From NCBI GenBank assembly GCA_963719225.1, contig CAVRAY010000001.1, positions 2,752,001 to 2,816,000 on the forward strand: a stretch of DNA of 64,000 bases. The letters run 5' to 3'. Below the pieces are notes generated by a model, which saw only the letters and a list, made by a program, of their open reading frames with translations, did not search any database and had not been told where the DNA came from. Each line of letters begins with the position of its first letter. Positions within the stretch are counted from its first letter, which is position 1. The DNA is from Thermoanaerobaculia bacterium (GTDB lineage Bacteria; Acidobacteriota; Thermoanaerobaculia; UBA5066). Below are positions 46,429-56,114 of this stretch, piece after piece. The translations under genes were made by a program, and so were the position numbers.

Positions 46429-48872
46429 GGGCTCGAGCCGATGCCGGGGCCCGGCCCGTCGCCGCCGTGCACGTTGCAGCGCTCGGTGGGCGCGGTGCCC
46501 TCGAGGAAGACCTCGTTGAGGGATTTGGGGCACTCCTCCGTGACGAGCATGCCCGTCGTCGGATCGATCGAAGCCGTCACGATGCCCGGCGTGGTCGGGA
46601 ACGGCGCCTCGAAATACTGCGAGGGGAGACGCCGCACGAAGTCGGCGAAGATCGGAAGCGCCGCCGAAGAGCCCGAGAGGTTCAGGCCGCGGTTGTCGTC
46701 GAAGCCCACCCAGACGGCCACGAGAAGGCGCGGCGAGAAGCCGATGAACCAGGCGTCGCGTCCGTCGTTGGTCGTGCCCGTCTTGCCCGCGAGGATGCCC
46801 TGCGCCCCGAGGCGGCGGGCGGAGGCGCCCGTGCCGTGATCCACGACCCCCTGCAGGACGGAGTCGAGGATCGAGATCGCGTCCGCGTCCGCGCCGCGCA
46901 CGACGGGCTCGTCCTTCGTCTCGATGCGCCGGGCGTTCGGACCAACGATGCCGAGCAGCGCGTTCGGTCGCACGCGAAAACCGCCGTTCGCGAACGTGCA
47001 GTAGGCGGCCGCGATCTCCATGGGGCTCGTCTCGAACGCTCCGAGTGCGAGCGACGGGAACGGCCTCATGGGGGACGCGATGCCGGTGCGCCGCGCCGTG
47101 TCGACGATGTCCGGGAGAAGGGTTCGCCCCGGCGCGGTCTCGGTGACGGCGATGCGCACCGTCGGGATGTTGATGGACTGTTCCAGCGCCTGGCGCGCGG
47201 TCATCGGCCCCCGGAACTCGCCGTCGTAGTTCTTCGGCGACCAGGTCTCGTCCTCGCCCTTGCCCCACACGAGCGCGATGGGCGAGTCGACGAAAATCGA
47301 GGCGGGCGTGATGGGCTTCGGGAGGTCGCGCTTTCCGAATGCCGTCAGATAGACGAACGGCTTGAACAGCGAGCCCGGCTGGCGGCGGGCCTGCACGACG
47401 CGGTTGAACTGGCTGACCTGATAGTCGCGTCCCCCCACGAGCGCGCGCACGGATCCCGTCGCCGGGTCGAGCGCGATGACGGCGGCCTGGAGCGCGTCGT
47501 CCTCGCCTTTCGGCCGAAGCCGCTTGTAGCGCCTTTCGAGCTCTTCGAGTCCCTTGAGAACGGCCGCCTGCGCGGCCTGCTGCATGTCGGGGTCGAGCGT
47601 CGTGTAGACCGAAAGCCCGTCCTCCTTCACGAAGCCGGGTGCTTCCTTCACCTGGTTGAGGACGAAGTCGACGAAGTGCGGCGCGATGATGCCCGCGGGA
47701 GGACCCTTCGACCGCGTGAGAGGCGCGCCGAGCGCGGCTTCGTAGGCGGCCTTGTCGATCTTCTTCTGCTCGAGCATCCCCTTGAGGACGAGGGCGCGTC
47801 GCGCCCGGGCGTTCTCGGGATTCCGGTAAGGCGAGTACTTTCCCGGCGAGGAGATGAGACCCGCGAGCATCGCGGCTTCCGGGAGGTCCAGCCTCGAGAC
47901 GCTCTTCCCGAAGTAGAAGCGCGACGCCTCCTCGACGCCCGTGACCGAGATCGAGCCGCGCTGGCCGAGGTAGATCTCGTTCAGGTACGCCTCGAGGATC
48001 TGCTTCTTGTCGTATTTAGCCTCGAGAATGACCGCCATCAGGGCCTCGACGACCTTGCGCTTCAGCTTCCGCTCGGGCGTCAGGAACATGTTCTTCACGA
48101 GCTGCTGCGTGAGCGTGGAGGTTCCGCGAACCGCACCGCGCCGTGCCGCGCCCTGGAGGACGGCGCCCACGAGTCTTCGGAACGCGATGCCCCCATGCGT
48201 GAAGAAATCGCGGTCTTCGGTCGTGAGAATCGCGTCGAGGACCACCTGGGGGACCTGGTCGAGCGTGACGAGCGTCCGGTCCTGCATCTTCTCGTCGTAG
48301 ACGGACCCCACGACTTCCGGCTCGAACACGACGTAGGGCAGCGGAGTTCCGTCGTCCGCGCGCTTGAGCGCCGCGACCCGACGCCCCGAGAAGTCCATTT
48401 CGGCCGGCACACCGGGCGTCCGCCCCCAGGCCGTCTCCCGCGCGTTCGAGGTGACGGCGATGCGTCCCCGGACGTGCGCGTACTGCCCCGCGGCGACCGG
48501 CGGCTTCGGGACCTCGACGTAGCGCAGGCGCGAGAGCCGCCGGACCACGTCGTCGGCCGAAAGCGTGTCTCCCGGCCGGACGGCCCACACGTCCGAATAG
48601 AGGCGCGTCGGAAGCGACCACCGCCGACCGTCCATCGTGCGGGAGACGACACGGGAGAAATAGAGGACGACCACAAGGCCTGCGACGAGGAAGAGGGCGA
48701 GCGTGGCGCCCAGGAAGAAAAGTACGGGGTGCGGGACGCGGCGCAGGCGTTCGGTGAGCGCGCGCAGCGCCGGAGCCAGGCGCGCCCGGAGCGCGCGCGC
48801 GGCCTGAGCGGCCTTCTCCGAGGCCCGCGCCAGCTTCTCTTTCGCGGCGCTCCGCGCGCTCCGGAAATCCAC
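46425..48872 (-). CDS. mrcB: Class A penicillin-binding protein 1B
   Basis: TM plus UB2H-like segment, EDRDFFTHGG, GTSTLTQQLVKN, RKVVE, YLNEIYLG, QPGSLFKP, QSINIP, GKTGT. Confidence 0.88.
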   Translation of the reverse strand: MDFRSARSAAKEKLARASEKAAQAARALRARLAPALRALTERLRRVPHPVLFFLGATLALFLVAGLVVVLYFSRVVSRTMDGRRWSLPTRLYSDVWAVRPGDTLSADDVVRRLSRLRYVEVPKPPVAAGQYAHVRGRIAVTSNARETAWGRTPGVPAEMDFSGRRVAALKRADDGTPLPYVVFEPEVVGSVYDEKMQDRTLVTLDQVPQVVLDAILTTEDRDFFTHGGIAFRRLVGAVLQGAARRGAVRGTSTLTQQLVKNMFLTPERKLKRKVVEALMAVILEAKYDKKQILEAYLNEIYLGQRGSISVTGVEEASRFYFGKSVSRLDLPEAAMLAGLISSPGKYSPYRNPENARARRALVLKGMLEQKKIDKAAYEAALGAPLTRSKGPPAGIIAPHFVDFVLNQVKEAPGFVKEDGLSVYTTLDPDMQQAAQAAVLKGLEELERRYKRLRPKGEDDALQAAVIALDPATGSVRALVGGRDYQVSQFNRVVQARRQPGSLFKPFVYLTAFGKRDLPKPITPASIFVDSPIALVWGKGEDETWSPKNYDGEFRGPMTARQALEQSINIPTVRIAVTETAPGRTLLPDIVDTARRTGIASPMRPFPSLALGAFETSPMEIAAAYCTFANGGFRVRPNALLGIVGPNARRIETKDEPVVRGADADAISILDSVLQGVVDHGTGASARRLGAQGILAGKTGTTNDGRDAWFIGFSPRLLVAVWVGFDDNRGLNLSGSSAALPIFADFVRRLPSQYFEAPFPTTPGIVTASIDPTTGMLVTEECPKSLNEVFLEGTAPTERCNVHGGDGPGPGIGSSP

Positions 48873-48915
48873 GTCCGGAGTCTAGCGAAGGGCCCGGCCG
48901 ATGCTAGGATTCAGC

Positions 48916-49467
48916 GTGCGGCTGATGACGTCCCCTCTCCGCAGGGTCCTCGAAGAGCTCGACGATTGGCGCGAGCGCATTCCCCTTCCCGAGCTGAAGC
49001 GCGCCCTGGCGGACTTGACGGTCACTCTCGAGGACGTTCGTCCGTTCGTGAAGTTCGACGGCGACGGTTACCGCCGCAACCTCATGCACTCGGGGCCGGT
49101 CTATCAGGCGCTCGTCCTCTGCTGGCGGAACGGCCAGCGGAGTCCGATCCACGACCACCGCGGATCGAGCTGCGGCGTGCGCGTCCTCCACGGCACGGCG
49201 CTCGAGACCGTCTTCGAGCGCGCCCGCAACCGGATGATCTATGCCGTCCGCTCCCACGAGATGAAGCCGGGATCGATCTGCGCGACCCAGGACGACGACA
49301 TCCACCAGGTCTCGAACCTGGCGGCCGACGGCGGCGACCTCGTCACGCTCCACGTCTATTCCCCGCCCCTCCTCCAGATGGGCACGTACTCGCTCTTCGA
49401 CACGGAGGTCAAGCCTTTCTCCGAGCCCGTGTACGAGGAAGCGCTCGTGGACGGCGGGGGGATCTAG
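48916..49467 (+). CDS. Cysteine dioxygenase family protein
   Basis: YRRNL, LCWRNGQRSPIHDHRGSSC, IHQVSN, TLHVYSPP. Confidence 0.88.
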   Translation: MRLMTSPLRRVLEELDDWRERIPLPELKRALADLTVTLEDVRPFVKFDGDGYRRNLMHSGPVYQALVLCWRNGQRSPIHDHRGSSCGVRVLHGTALETVFERARNRMIYAVRSHEMKPGSICATQDDDIHQVSNLAADGGDLVTLHVYSPPLLQMGTYSLFDTEVKPFSEPVYEEALVDGGGI

Positions 49468-49481
49468 TACCCCGCACGGGC

Positions 49482-50423
49482 TCAGGAGATCCAGCCGGCT
49501 TTCAGCGCCGCGAGCGTCGCCGAGGCCGCGAGGACCCAGAGAGCCACGCCGAGGGCGACGGGCTTCAGACCCACGCGCCTCAAGGCATCCCGCGTCAGAG
49601 ACGTCCCGATCAGGAAGAGCGTCACGACGAGGACCCGCTTTGCGCCCGCGGCGACGGCGACGCCGGCAGGGCGCAGCGCGGGCACTCCCGTGGCGAGAGC
49701 CGCGACGGCCACGAAGCCGACGAGAAACCAGGGCGGCGCCGTGACGGATTTCCCGCGCTCGCCCGTTCGGCGCGCCCGCGCCCATCCGATGACGAGCGCG
49801 ACCGGCACGATCCACAGCGCGCGTGCGAGCTTCACGGTCGTGGCCACCTCCACGGCCTTCGGCCCGTAGGCCGCGGCCGCGCCGACGACCGAGCTCGTAT
49901 CGTGGATCGCCAGCGCCGCGAACAGGCCGAATCTCGCCTCGTCGAGCCCGGCGAACCGCCCGAGCGGCGGGAACACGACGAGCGCGACGGCGTTGAGGAG
50001 GAAGACCGTCGCGAGCGCGACCGAGATGGACTCGGCTTTCGCCTTGATCGCCGGCGCCACGGCCGCGATCGCGCTGCCTCCGCAGATCGCGGTCCCCGTC
50101 GTCACGAGGAGCGCCGTGTCCTCCTCGACGCCGAAAAGGCGCGCGAGGAGGAGCCCGGCGCAGAACGTCAGCCCGATCCCGACGGCCGTGTATCCGATTC
50201 CCCGCGCTCCCACCCGCCCCACGACGCCGAGATCGGCGGCCCCTCCGAGCCCCATGACCGACAGACCGAGCAGCAGATGCGCGAGCCTTCGCGTCCCCGA
50301 AAGCCACGGGTTCCCGGCGCCGAGCGCGACGAGGATCCCCGACACGAGCGCGGCCGCTGGCGGGACGAACGGCAGGGCCGCGAGAACCGCGAGCAGCGGC
50401 ACGAGGATGTGTCCGGGCGTCAA
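49482..50423 (-). CDS. YeiH / putative sulfate exporter family membrane protein
   Basis: GTAICGGSAIAA, IHDTSSVVGAA, ATTVKLARALWI. Confidence 0.9.
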   Translation of the reverse strand: MTPGHILVPLLAVLAALPFVPPAAALVSGILVALGAGNPWLSGTRRLAHLLLGLSVMGLGGAADLGVVGRVGARGIGYTAVGIGLTFCAGLLLARLFGVEEDTALLVTTGTAICGGSAIAAVAPAIKAKAESISVALATVFLLNAVALVVFPPLGRFAGLDEARFGLFAALAIHDTSSVVGAAAAYGPKAVEVATTVKLARALWIVPVALVIGWARARRTGERGKSVTAPPWFLVGFVAVAALATGVPALRPAGVAVAAGAKRVLVVTLFLIGTSLTRDALRRVGLKPVALGVALWVLAASATLAALKAGWIS

Positions 50424-50430
50424 GGGCCCG

Positions 50431-50440
50431 AGTGTAGGCT
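50431..50440. promoter_or_regulatory. Overlapping back-to-back -10 boxes for divergent leaderless genes
   Basis: AGTGTAGGCT reads TACACT on the minus strand (7 nt before TTG 50423) and TAGGCT on the plus strand (6 nt before GTG 50447). Confidence 0.6.
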
Positions 50441-50446
50441 AGCGGC

Positions 50447-51313
50447 GTGACCGACACGCACCGCGACGCCTCCGTGTCGACGCTCGTGTACCGCAGCGAC
50501 GGGAAGGGGACGCGCTGGGAGAAGGACTCCCTCGTCGCCGAGGAGCCGCTCGAGATCCGCTTGCGGGAAGGCGGCGCCGAGCCCGAGCGGTTCGTCGTCA
50601 CGATGCGGACGCCGGGCGACGACGACGACCTCGTCACGGGCCTTCTTTATGGAGAGGGCGTCATCGAGGAGATCGGCGAGATCGTGGCCATCGAGGCGCC
50701 GGACGAGGGAAGCGTCTCGCGCGAGCTCGCGAAGAACGTCCGGGTCGTCACGCTCGCCCCGCGCTCGGGCCGCCGGCGCGCCCGCCGGGCCACGGTCATG
50801 GGCTCGGCCTGCGGAGTCTGCGGCCGCACGTCGGTCGAGGACGTCGCGGCCCTCGCCGCGGCCGCGCGCCGCGGGAAGGAAACGCCCCTCCCCGGCGCGT
50901 CGCCGGACCTGACGATCTCCGCGTCAATCCTCACGTCGCTTCCCGGACTCCTCCGCGCGCAGCAGTCGGTGTTTTCCTCCACGGGCGGCCTCCACGCGGC
51001 GGGCCTCTTCGAGGCGGACGGGACCTTCCTCCTCGCGCGCGAGGACGTAGGGCGCCACAACGCGACCGACAAGGCCGTCGGCGCCCTCCTGAGGAGCCGG
51101 CGGCCGTGCCCGCCGATCCTCCTCGTCTCGGGCCGGCTCGGGTTCGAGATCGCCCAGAAGGCGGCGCTCGCCGGGGCGGTCATCGTGGCCGCCGTGTCGG
51201 CGCCCACAAGCCTCGCGGTCGACCTCGCCGAAGAGACGGGCCTCACGCTCGTCGGCTTCCTGCGCGGCGAGCGCTTCAACGTGTACACGCACCCCGAGCG
51301 CATCTCGAGGTAG
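50447..51313 (+). CDS. fdhD: Formate dehydrogenase accessory sulfurtransferase
   Basis: EEPLEI, TMRTPG, SACGVCG, TGGLHAA, REDVGRHNATDK, SAPTSLAV. Confidence 0.95.
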   Translation: MTDTHRDASVSTLVYRSDGKGTRWEKDSLVAEEPLEIRLREGGAEPERFVVTMRTPGDDDDLVTGLLYGEGVIEEIGEIVAIEAPDEGSVSRELAKNVRVVTLAPRSGRRRARRATVMGSACGVCGRTSVEDVAALAAAARRGKETPLPGASPDLTISASILTSLPGLLRAQQSVFSSTGGLHAAGLFEADGTFLLAREDVGRHNATDKAVGALLRSRRPCPPILLVSGRLGFEIAQKAALAGAVIVAAVSAPTSLAVDLAEETGLTLVGFLRGERFNVYTHPERISR

Positions 51314-51330
51314 CTCGGAAGGAAAACGAA

Positions 51331-53331
51331 CTACTTGAGCAGATGGTCCTCGACGAACTTCAGCGTCGCGAGGAACTGGAAGTCCTGGTTGTTCTTCTTG
51401 GAGAAGCCGTGGCCCTCGTTCTTCGCGAGGAGGTACCACACGGGCCCGCCGTTCTTCTTGATCGCCGCGACCATCTGCTCGGCCTCGGTGTACGGCACTC
51501 GGGGGTCGTTGCGCCCCTGGACGATGAACATCGGCTTCGTGATCTTGCCGGCGCTCGTGAGGGGTGACATCGTCAGGAGCTTCTCGCGCATCTTCGGATC
51601 GCGCTCGTCGCCGTACTCGACCCGTCGCAGGTCGCGCCGATAGCTTTCCGTGTGCTCGAGGAACGTCACCCAGTTCGAGATCCCGACGACGTCGAGGGCG
51701 CACCGGAAACGGTCGTTGTAGTGCGTCATCGAGGCGAGCGTCATGTAGCCGCCGTACGACCCCCCCATCACCATGACCCGGCTCTTGTCCAGCGAAGGCT
51801 GCGACGCGATCCAGTCGAGGAGCGCGCCGATGTCCTTCACGGAATCCTCGCGCTTCTCCGCGTTGTCGAGCGTGAGGAACGTCTTGCCGAAGCCGGACGA
51901 GCCGCGCACGTTCGGGTAGATCAGCGCGACGCCGAGCTCGTTCAGGTAGAAGTTGTTCCGGCCGAGAAAGCCGGGCTGGTACTGCCCCTCCGGGCCCCCG
52001 TGGATGCTGACGATCACCGGGCGCGGTCCCGTGAAGGTCGCCGGCGGGCGATAGAGGAATCCCGTGATCGTCCGTCCGTCGAAGCTCTTCCACGAGATCT
52101 TCTCGGGCTCGGAGAGAGCCGCGGCGTCGAGCCCGCCCAGCTCGCTTTCCGTCCAGCGCTCGATCTTCCCGGTCGCACCGGCCGTCACGTCGATCGAATA
52201 CACGTCGGAAGCGGAGCGCGCGGAGGCGAGCGAGAAGGCGAGGTCCTTCCCGTTCGCGTGAAAGCGCACCGCGCCGATCGTCCCGAGCGGGAGCTTCGGG
52301 AGCGCGATCCCCTTTCTCGTGGCCGTGTCGAGGACGTGCAGCGTCTCGACGCCGCCCTCGTTCACGACGAACGCCAGCTTGCCGCCGTCCTCGGAGAGAC
52401 TGAGTGAAGACACGTCCCAGTCGATGCCGGGCGCGAGCACCGTGATCTTCTTCGACGCGAGATCGAGCGACACGAGGCGGTGGAACTCGGCGCCCGAGTC
52501 CGTCGTCGTGTAAACCGATTTGCCGTCCTTGGCGAAGATGGCGCGGCCCCAGGCGACCTTCTCCTTCGATTCAGGCGTCGCGAGGCTCTTCGCGCCCGTT
52601 GCGGCGTCCACGAGCCAGTACCGGCTCTCGTTCGCGGAGACGTACTCGCCCACGAGGAGAGTCTTGTCGTCGGGCGACCAGTCGGAGACTCCCCATCCGC
52701 CACCCGAGACCTCGAGGACCTTCCGCTCGGTCTTCGCGTCGGCCGGGTCGACGACCCAGACGTCGTTGTCCTTCCCGTTCCGGCGCGTCGACTGGTATGC
52801 GAGCCACTTTCCGGAATGCGAGAAGTCGCCGCCCGTGTTGCGGGACTTGCCGTCCGTGAACATCGTGACCTTGCCCGTCTTCTCGTCCCGCCAGAAGAGC
52901 TGGTACCACTCGCCGCCGCCGACGTCCTTGTTGAAGACGAAGCCGTCGCCCGACAGGGGGCGGAACCGCGCGCCGCCCGTGCGCTCGGGATAAAAGGTGA
53001 GCTGCGTGCGCGCTCCGCCGGGGAACTTCACGCGGTGGACCTGCGCGACGTCCGCGAAGCGCGTCCCGATGAGCATCTCGCGGCGCACGGGATGCCAGGC
53101 TTCGAACACAGCGCCCCGCGACTCGGTCCAGGGCGCGACGCGCTCGGCGAGCGCTTTCGGGATGGGCGGCAAGCCGTCGGCGACGAGGTTCTCGTTCGGG
53201 GGGACGAGGGCTTCGTCGCCCATCGCCCGAAGGCAAGGCACGAAGAGCACCAGGAAAAGGGAAATTCTGCTTAGAAAGAGAAAGACGGGGGCCGTTGCTC
53301 TCCCGCTGCTCATACTTTCGTTCAAACGCAT
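51331..53331 (-). CDS. S9 family peptidase (prolyl oligopeptidase-like, beta-propeller plus hydrolase)
   Basis: IHGGPEGQ, PNVRGSSGFG, GGSYGG, QGRNDPRVP, EGHGF; start uncertain (53331 or 53313). Confidence 0.93.
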   Translation of the reverse strand: MRLNESMSSGRATAPVFLFLSRISLFLVLFVPCLRAMGDEALVPPNENLVADGLPPIPKALAERVAPWTESRGAVFEAWHPVRREMLIGTRFADVAQVHRVKFPGGARTQLTFYPERTGGARFRPLSGDGFVFNKDVGGGEWYQLFWRDEKTGKVTMFTDGKSRNTGGDFSHSGKWLAYQSTRRNGKDNDVWVVDPADAKTERKVLEVSGGGWGVSDWSPDDKTLLVGEYVSANESRYWLVDAATGAKSLATPESKEKVAWGRAIFAKDGKSVYTTTDSGAEFHRLVSLDLASKKITVLAPGIDWDVSSLSLSEDGGKLAFVVNEGGVETLHVLDTATRKGIALPKLPLGTIGAVRFHANGKDLAFSLASARSASDVYSIDVTAGATGKIERWTESELGGLDAAALSEPEKISWKSFDGRTITGFLYRPPATFTGPRPVIVSIHGGPEGQYQPGFLGRNNFYLNELGVALIYPNVRGSSGFGKTFLTLDNAEKREDSVKDIGALLDWIASQPSLDKSRVMVMGGSYGGYMTLASMTHYNDRFRCALDVVGISNWVTFLEHTESYRRDLRRVEYGDERDPKMREKLLTMSPLTSAGKITKPMFIVQGRNDPRVPYTEAEQMVAAIKKNGGPVWYLLAKNEGHGFSKKNNQDFQFLATLKFVEDHLLK

Positions 53332-53358
53332 TGCTCATACCTCTTTTCGAAGAAAATC
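53265..53358. repeat. Convergent pair of the dispersed motif (degenerate)
   Basis: TTCTGCTTAGAAAGAGAA (53265-53282) and TACCTCTTTTCGAAGAAAATC (53338-53358). Confidence 0.6.
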
Positions 53359-53372
53359 CCGGTTCTTCTCTT

Positions 53373-55463
53373 CTACTTCCACGGCTCGATCTTCTCGATG
53401 ACCAGACTCTCGCCGAGGACGTTCGCTTTTTCGCCGACCGTCTTTCCGAGCAGCGCTTTCCCCAGGTCCGACAGATAGGAGTAGATCCCCTCTTCGGGCT
53501 TCGAGTCCCAGGGGCCGAGGAGGGTGACGGTCTTCCCGCCGGTCGCGCCCTTCAGGGTTACCCGCGCGCCCGGCCTCACCTCGGTCGTGTCCACGGTCGC
53601 GGAGTCGAGGGCGCGCGCCTTCAACAGCTCCTCCTGGATCTTGCCAGCGCGCGCGGACAGGAGCTGCTGCTTGTCGCGGCGCGCCTTGTATTCGAAGTTC
53701 TCCGTGAGGTCGCCTTCCGCGGCCGCGATCGTGATTCCCTTCGTGTTCTCGGGGATCTCGACCTTGAGGATGTTCTCCAGCTCCTTGCGTTTGGCCTCGA
53801 TGGCCGGCGCCGTGACGAAGAAGGTGTCGTCCTCGGTCCGCCTGAGATCGGGAAAGCGCATCTCGGCGGCGGCGACGAGCCCGTCGCGCCGGTGCGGCTC
53901 GAGCTCGTGGTGGCGCGAGAGGGCCTCGAGGAAGAGGCGCGCGTCCTCGACGGTGGCCTGCTTCACGAGCCAGCCGGCGACGAGGCCCGTCCGGTCGAAC
54001 ATCTCCCGGACCTTCGAGCGCGCGGCTCCCAGCTCGTCCCACGTGAGCGCGTCGAGAAGGCGCGCGAGAACGGCCGGGTTGAGACGCGCGCGGAAGGAAT
54101 CGTCCTCGACCGAGCGCTGGACGAGCCAGATGAACGCACGCGGCCCGACGCGGGGCGACTTGACGAGCTTCTCGAGGGTCCGCTCGCGCGTGGACGGCTC
54201 GATCTCGGCGAGGCGCCGGTCGATTGCCTCGAGCGTGCGCACGTCCTCCTCCTTGAAGAACCAGTCGGCGAGGATCGCGGGTGCCTCCGCCGGCCGCTCC
54301 TTGACGACGATCTCCAGGGCCCGCTCGCGCATCACCCGGTCCCCCAGGCGCGGGAGCAGCGCCAGCGGCTGCGCGAGGACGTGCCTCTCGATCGCGCCCG
54401 CGAGAGAGACGCCGGGAATCTTCTCGACGAGAACCGCGATCTCGAAGGCGAGGGCGGGATCGCGATCCTCGAGCGCCTCGGCTTCCTTCGCGAGAGTCCT
54501 GGCCATGGCCGTCGCGAGGTCGGCCGAGCGCTTCTGGTTCTTGCGAAAAAGGTCGACCTGGTCCCGCAGAGAGGCCCTCTCGAAGCGCGCGAGGAGCGAG
54601 GCGTCCGCGGCGTCCGCCGAGTGCGACCATTCCACGGTCGCCGTCTTTCCGCTGCCGTGCACGACGGCCTGCGGGTTCTTGCGCGCCGCGGTCCACCACG
54701 AGGTCCACGCCTCTTCGGGGATCAGCCCCTTCACGGCTTCCTTCACCTCGGCCATCGTCAACGGCCTGCTGAAGGACTCGACGAGGTGCTTGAGGGCGAG
54801 GCCGGGGTCCGCGAGGACCCGCTTCCTCAGGGACTCGGGAGAGGTCAGCTTCTCGAAGAGGAAATGTCCCTCCTGGAGCGGAACGAGATTCTTCGACGCG
54901 ACACCGATCGGAATGGCGATCCCCTTCGCCGCTTCGAAGTCCATCCGCACGGAATCGAGGGCGAAGTTCGTCTCGACGACCACCCCCGCTCCGCGGCCCG
55001 CCATCGAAAAGACCCGGCCGACCTCGAACGGCAGCCATTTCTCGGCCTTCTCGGCACGCGTGAGACCGTCCGCGGGATCCTTTGCCTCCCGGAACTTGAA
55101 GCGCCCGAGAAGGGCCTGGAGCGAAGGGCGGGACGGCCATGCGGCGGCCAGGGCTTCCTCGAAGAGCTTGTGAAAGCCGTCGGGTGTCGAGGGGGTCGCC
55201 CCCGCGCGGACCGCCTCCTTCAGGATCGTCCAGCGAAGGCGCGCCGCGACCGGATCGGACGACCTTCTCTTCAGCTCGGCCTCGGCCATCCCCGCGACGG
55301 CCTGTACGCGTGCCTTCTGCCCGGCCCGCGCGAGGCCGCGCACCGCGGCGAGCAGGGTCTCGGACTTCCCGACGGGGTCGGAGAGCGCGTCCAGGAAGGC
55401 GGTTTCGACGAGATCGAAGCGTTTTTCGGAGAGCAGGCTCTGAAGAGGGGCGCCGTTCGTCAA
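53373..55463 (-). CDS. greA: Long-form GreA/GreB family transcription elongation factor
   Basis: C-terminal AAAEGDLTENFEYKA, LLGPWDS, SYLSDLGKALLG; about 540-aa N-terminal extension with WTSWWTAARK. Confidence 0.8.
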   Translation of the reverse strand: MTNGAPLQSLLSEKRFDLVETAFLDALSDPVGKSETLLAAVRGLARAGQKARVQAVAGMAEAELKRRSSDPVAARLRWTILKEAVRAGATPSTPDGFHKLFEEALAAAWPSRPSLQALLGRFKFREAKDPADGLTRAEKAEKWLPFEVGRVFSMAGRGAGVVVETNFALDSVRMDFEAAKGIAIPIGVASKNLVPLQEGHFLFEKLTSPESLRKRVLADPGLALKHLVESFSRPLTMAEVKEAVKGLIPEEAWTSWWTAARKNPQAVVHGSGKTATVEWSHSADAADASLLARFERASLRDQVDLFRKNQKRSADLATAMARTLAKEAEALEDRDPALAFEIAVLVEKIPGVSLAGAIERHVLAQPLALLPRLGDRVMRERALEIVVKERPAEAPAILADWFFKEEDVRTLEAIDRRLAEIEPSTRERTLEKLVKSPRVGPRAFIWLVQRSVEDDSFRARLNPAVLARLLDALTWDELGAARSKVREMFDRTGLVAGWLVKQATVEDARLFLEALSRHHELEPHRRDGLVAAAEMRFPDLRRTEDDTFFVTAPAIEAKRKELENILKVEIPENTKGITIAAAEGDLTENFEYKARRDKQQLLSARAGKIQEELLKARALDSATVDTTEVRPGARVTLKGATGGKTVTLLGPWDSKPEEGIYSYLSDLGKALLGKTVGEKANVLGESLVIEKIEPWK

Positions 55464-56029
55464 CCCAGCATTCCCTTCTTCAGATCCTCGGACGGCGGCT
55501 TCGGCCCGAGCCAGAGCAGGAAGACGACGTCGGCGAAGTCCTTGCCCTCGAACGTCCCGAGCTCCTTGTCGCCGGCGAAGAAGGTCGTGCCTTTCCCGGG
55601 CACGTAGACGAACGACAGCGTCGCGCCTTCCTTCACGTCCGGCACGAGTGCGAGCATCTTGTCGAGTGCCGCTTTGTGGGCCGCTGCCTTCTCCTTCGCG
55701 TTGGCCTCGAATCCCTCGGAGAAAGCCTCGGTGAGCTGTGATTTCTTGAGGTCGCGGAGGAAGTGCATGCGCACCGCCTTCGGAGCATCGGCGGCGACGA
55801 TTCCCGCGGCGTCCTTCGAAGGGGTTTCGAGGTAGAGGCCGCCCACGTAGACCTTGAAGATGGCCTTCTTGCGCAGGCCGAGCCCGTTCAGCTTGAGCGT
55901 CTTGTCGCCCGCCGAAAGCGTGTCCGGCAGGGTGACGCCCGCCATGTCGCGGGCGAGAGCGGGGCGGTCGGCCAGGAAGAGGCCCGAGAGAGCGAAGACC
56001 CCGAGTGAGAGAGACGAAATGCGTTTCAT
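55460..56029 (-). CDS. Chalcone isomerase-like periplasmic protein
   Basis: Signal peptide, LKLNGLGLRKK, KVYVGGLYL, WLGPKPPSEDLKKGMLG; GGAGG RBS. Confidence 0.85.
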   Translation of the reverse strand: MKRISSLSLGVFALSGLFLADRPALARDMAGVTLPDTLSAGDKTLKLNGLGLRKKAIFKVYVGGLYLETPSKDAAGIVAADAPKAVRMHFLRDLKKSQLTEAFSEGFEANAKEKAAAHKAALDKMLALVPDVKEGATLSFVYVPGKGTTFFAGDKELGTFEGKDFADVVFLLWLGPKPPSEDLKKGMLG

Positions 56030-56114
56030 CGAATCCTCCTGCGAGGGATGGATTCTACGGGCACGGGAGGCCATTTCGAAGGCCGGGACACGATTCCTCG
56101 ATGAGAATGCGGCC

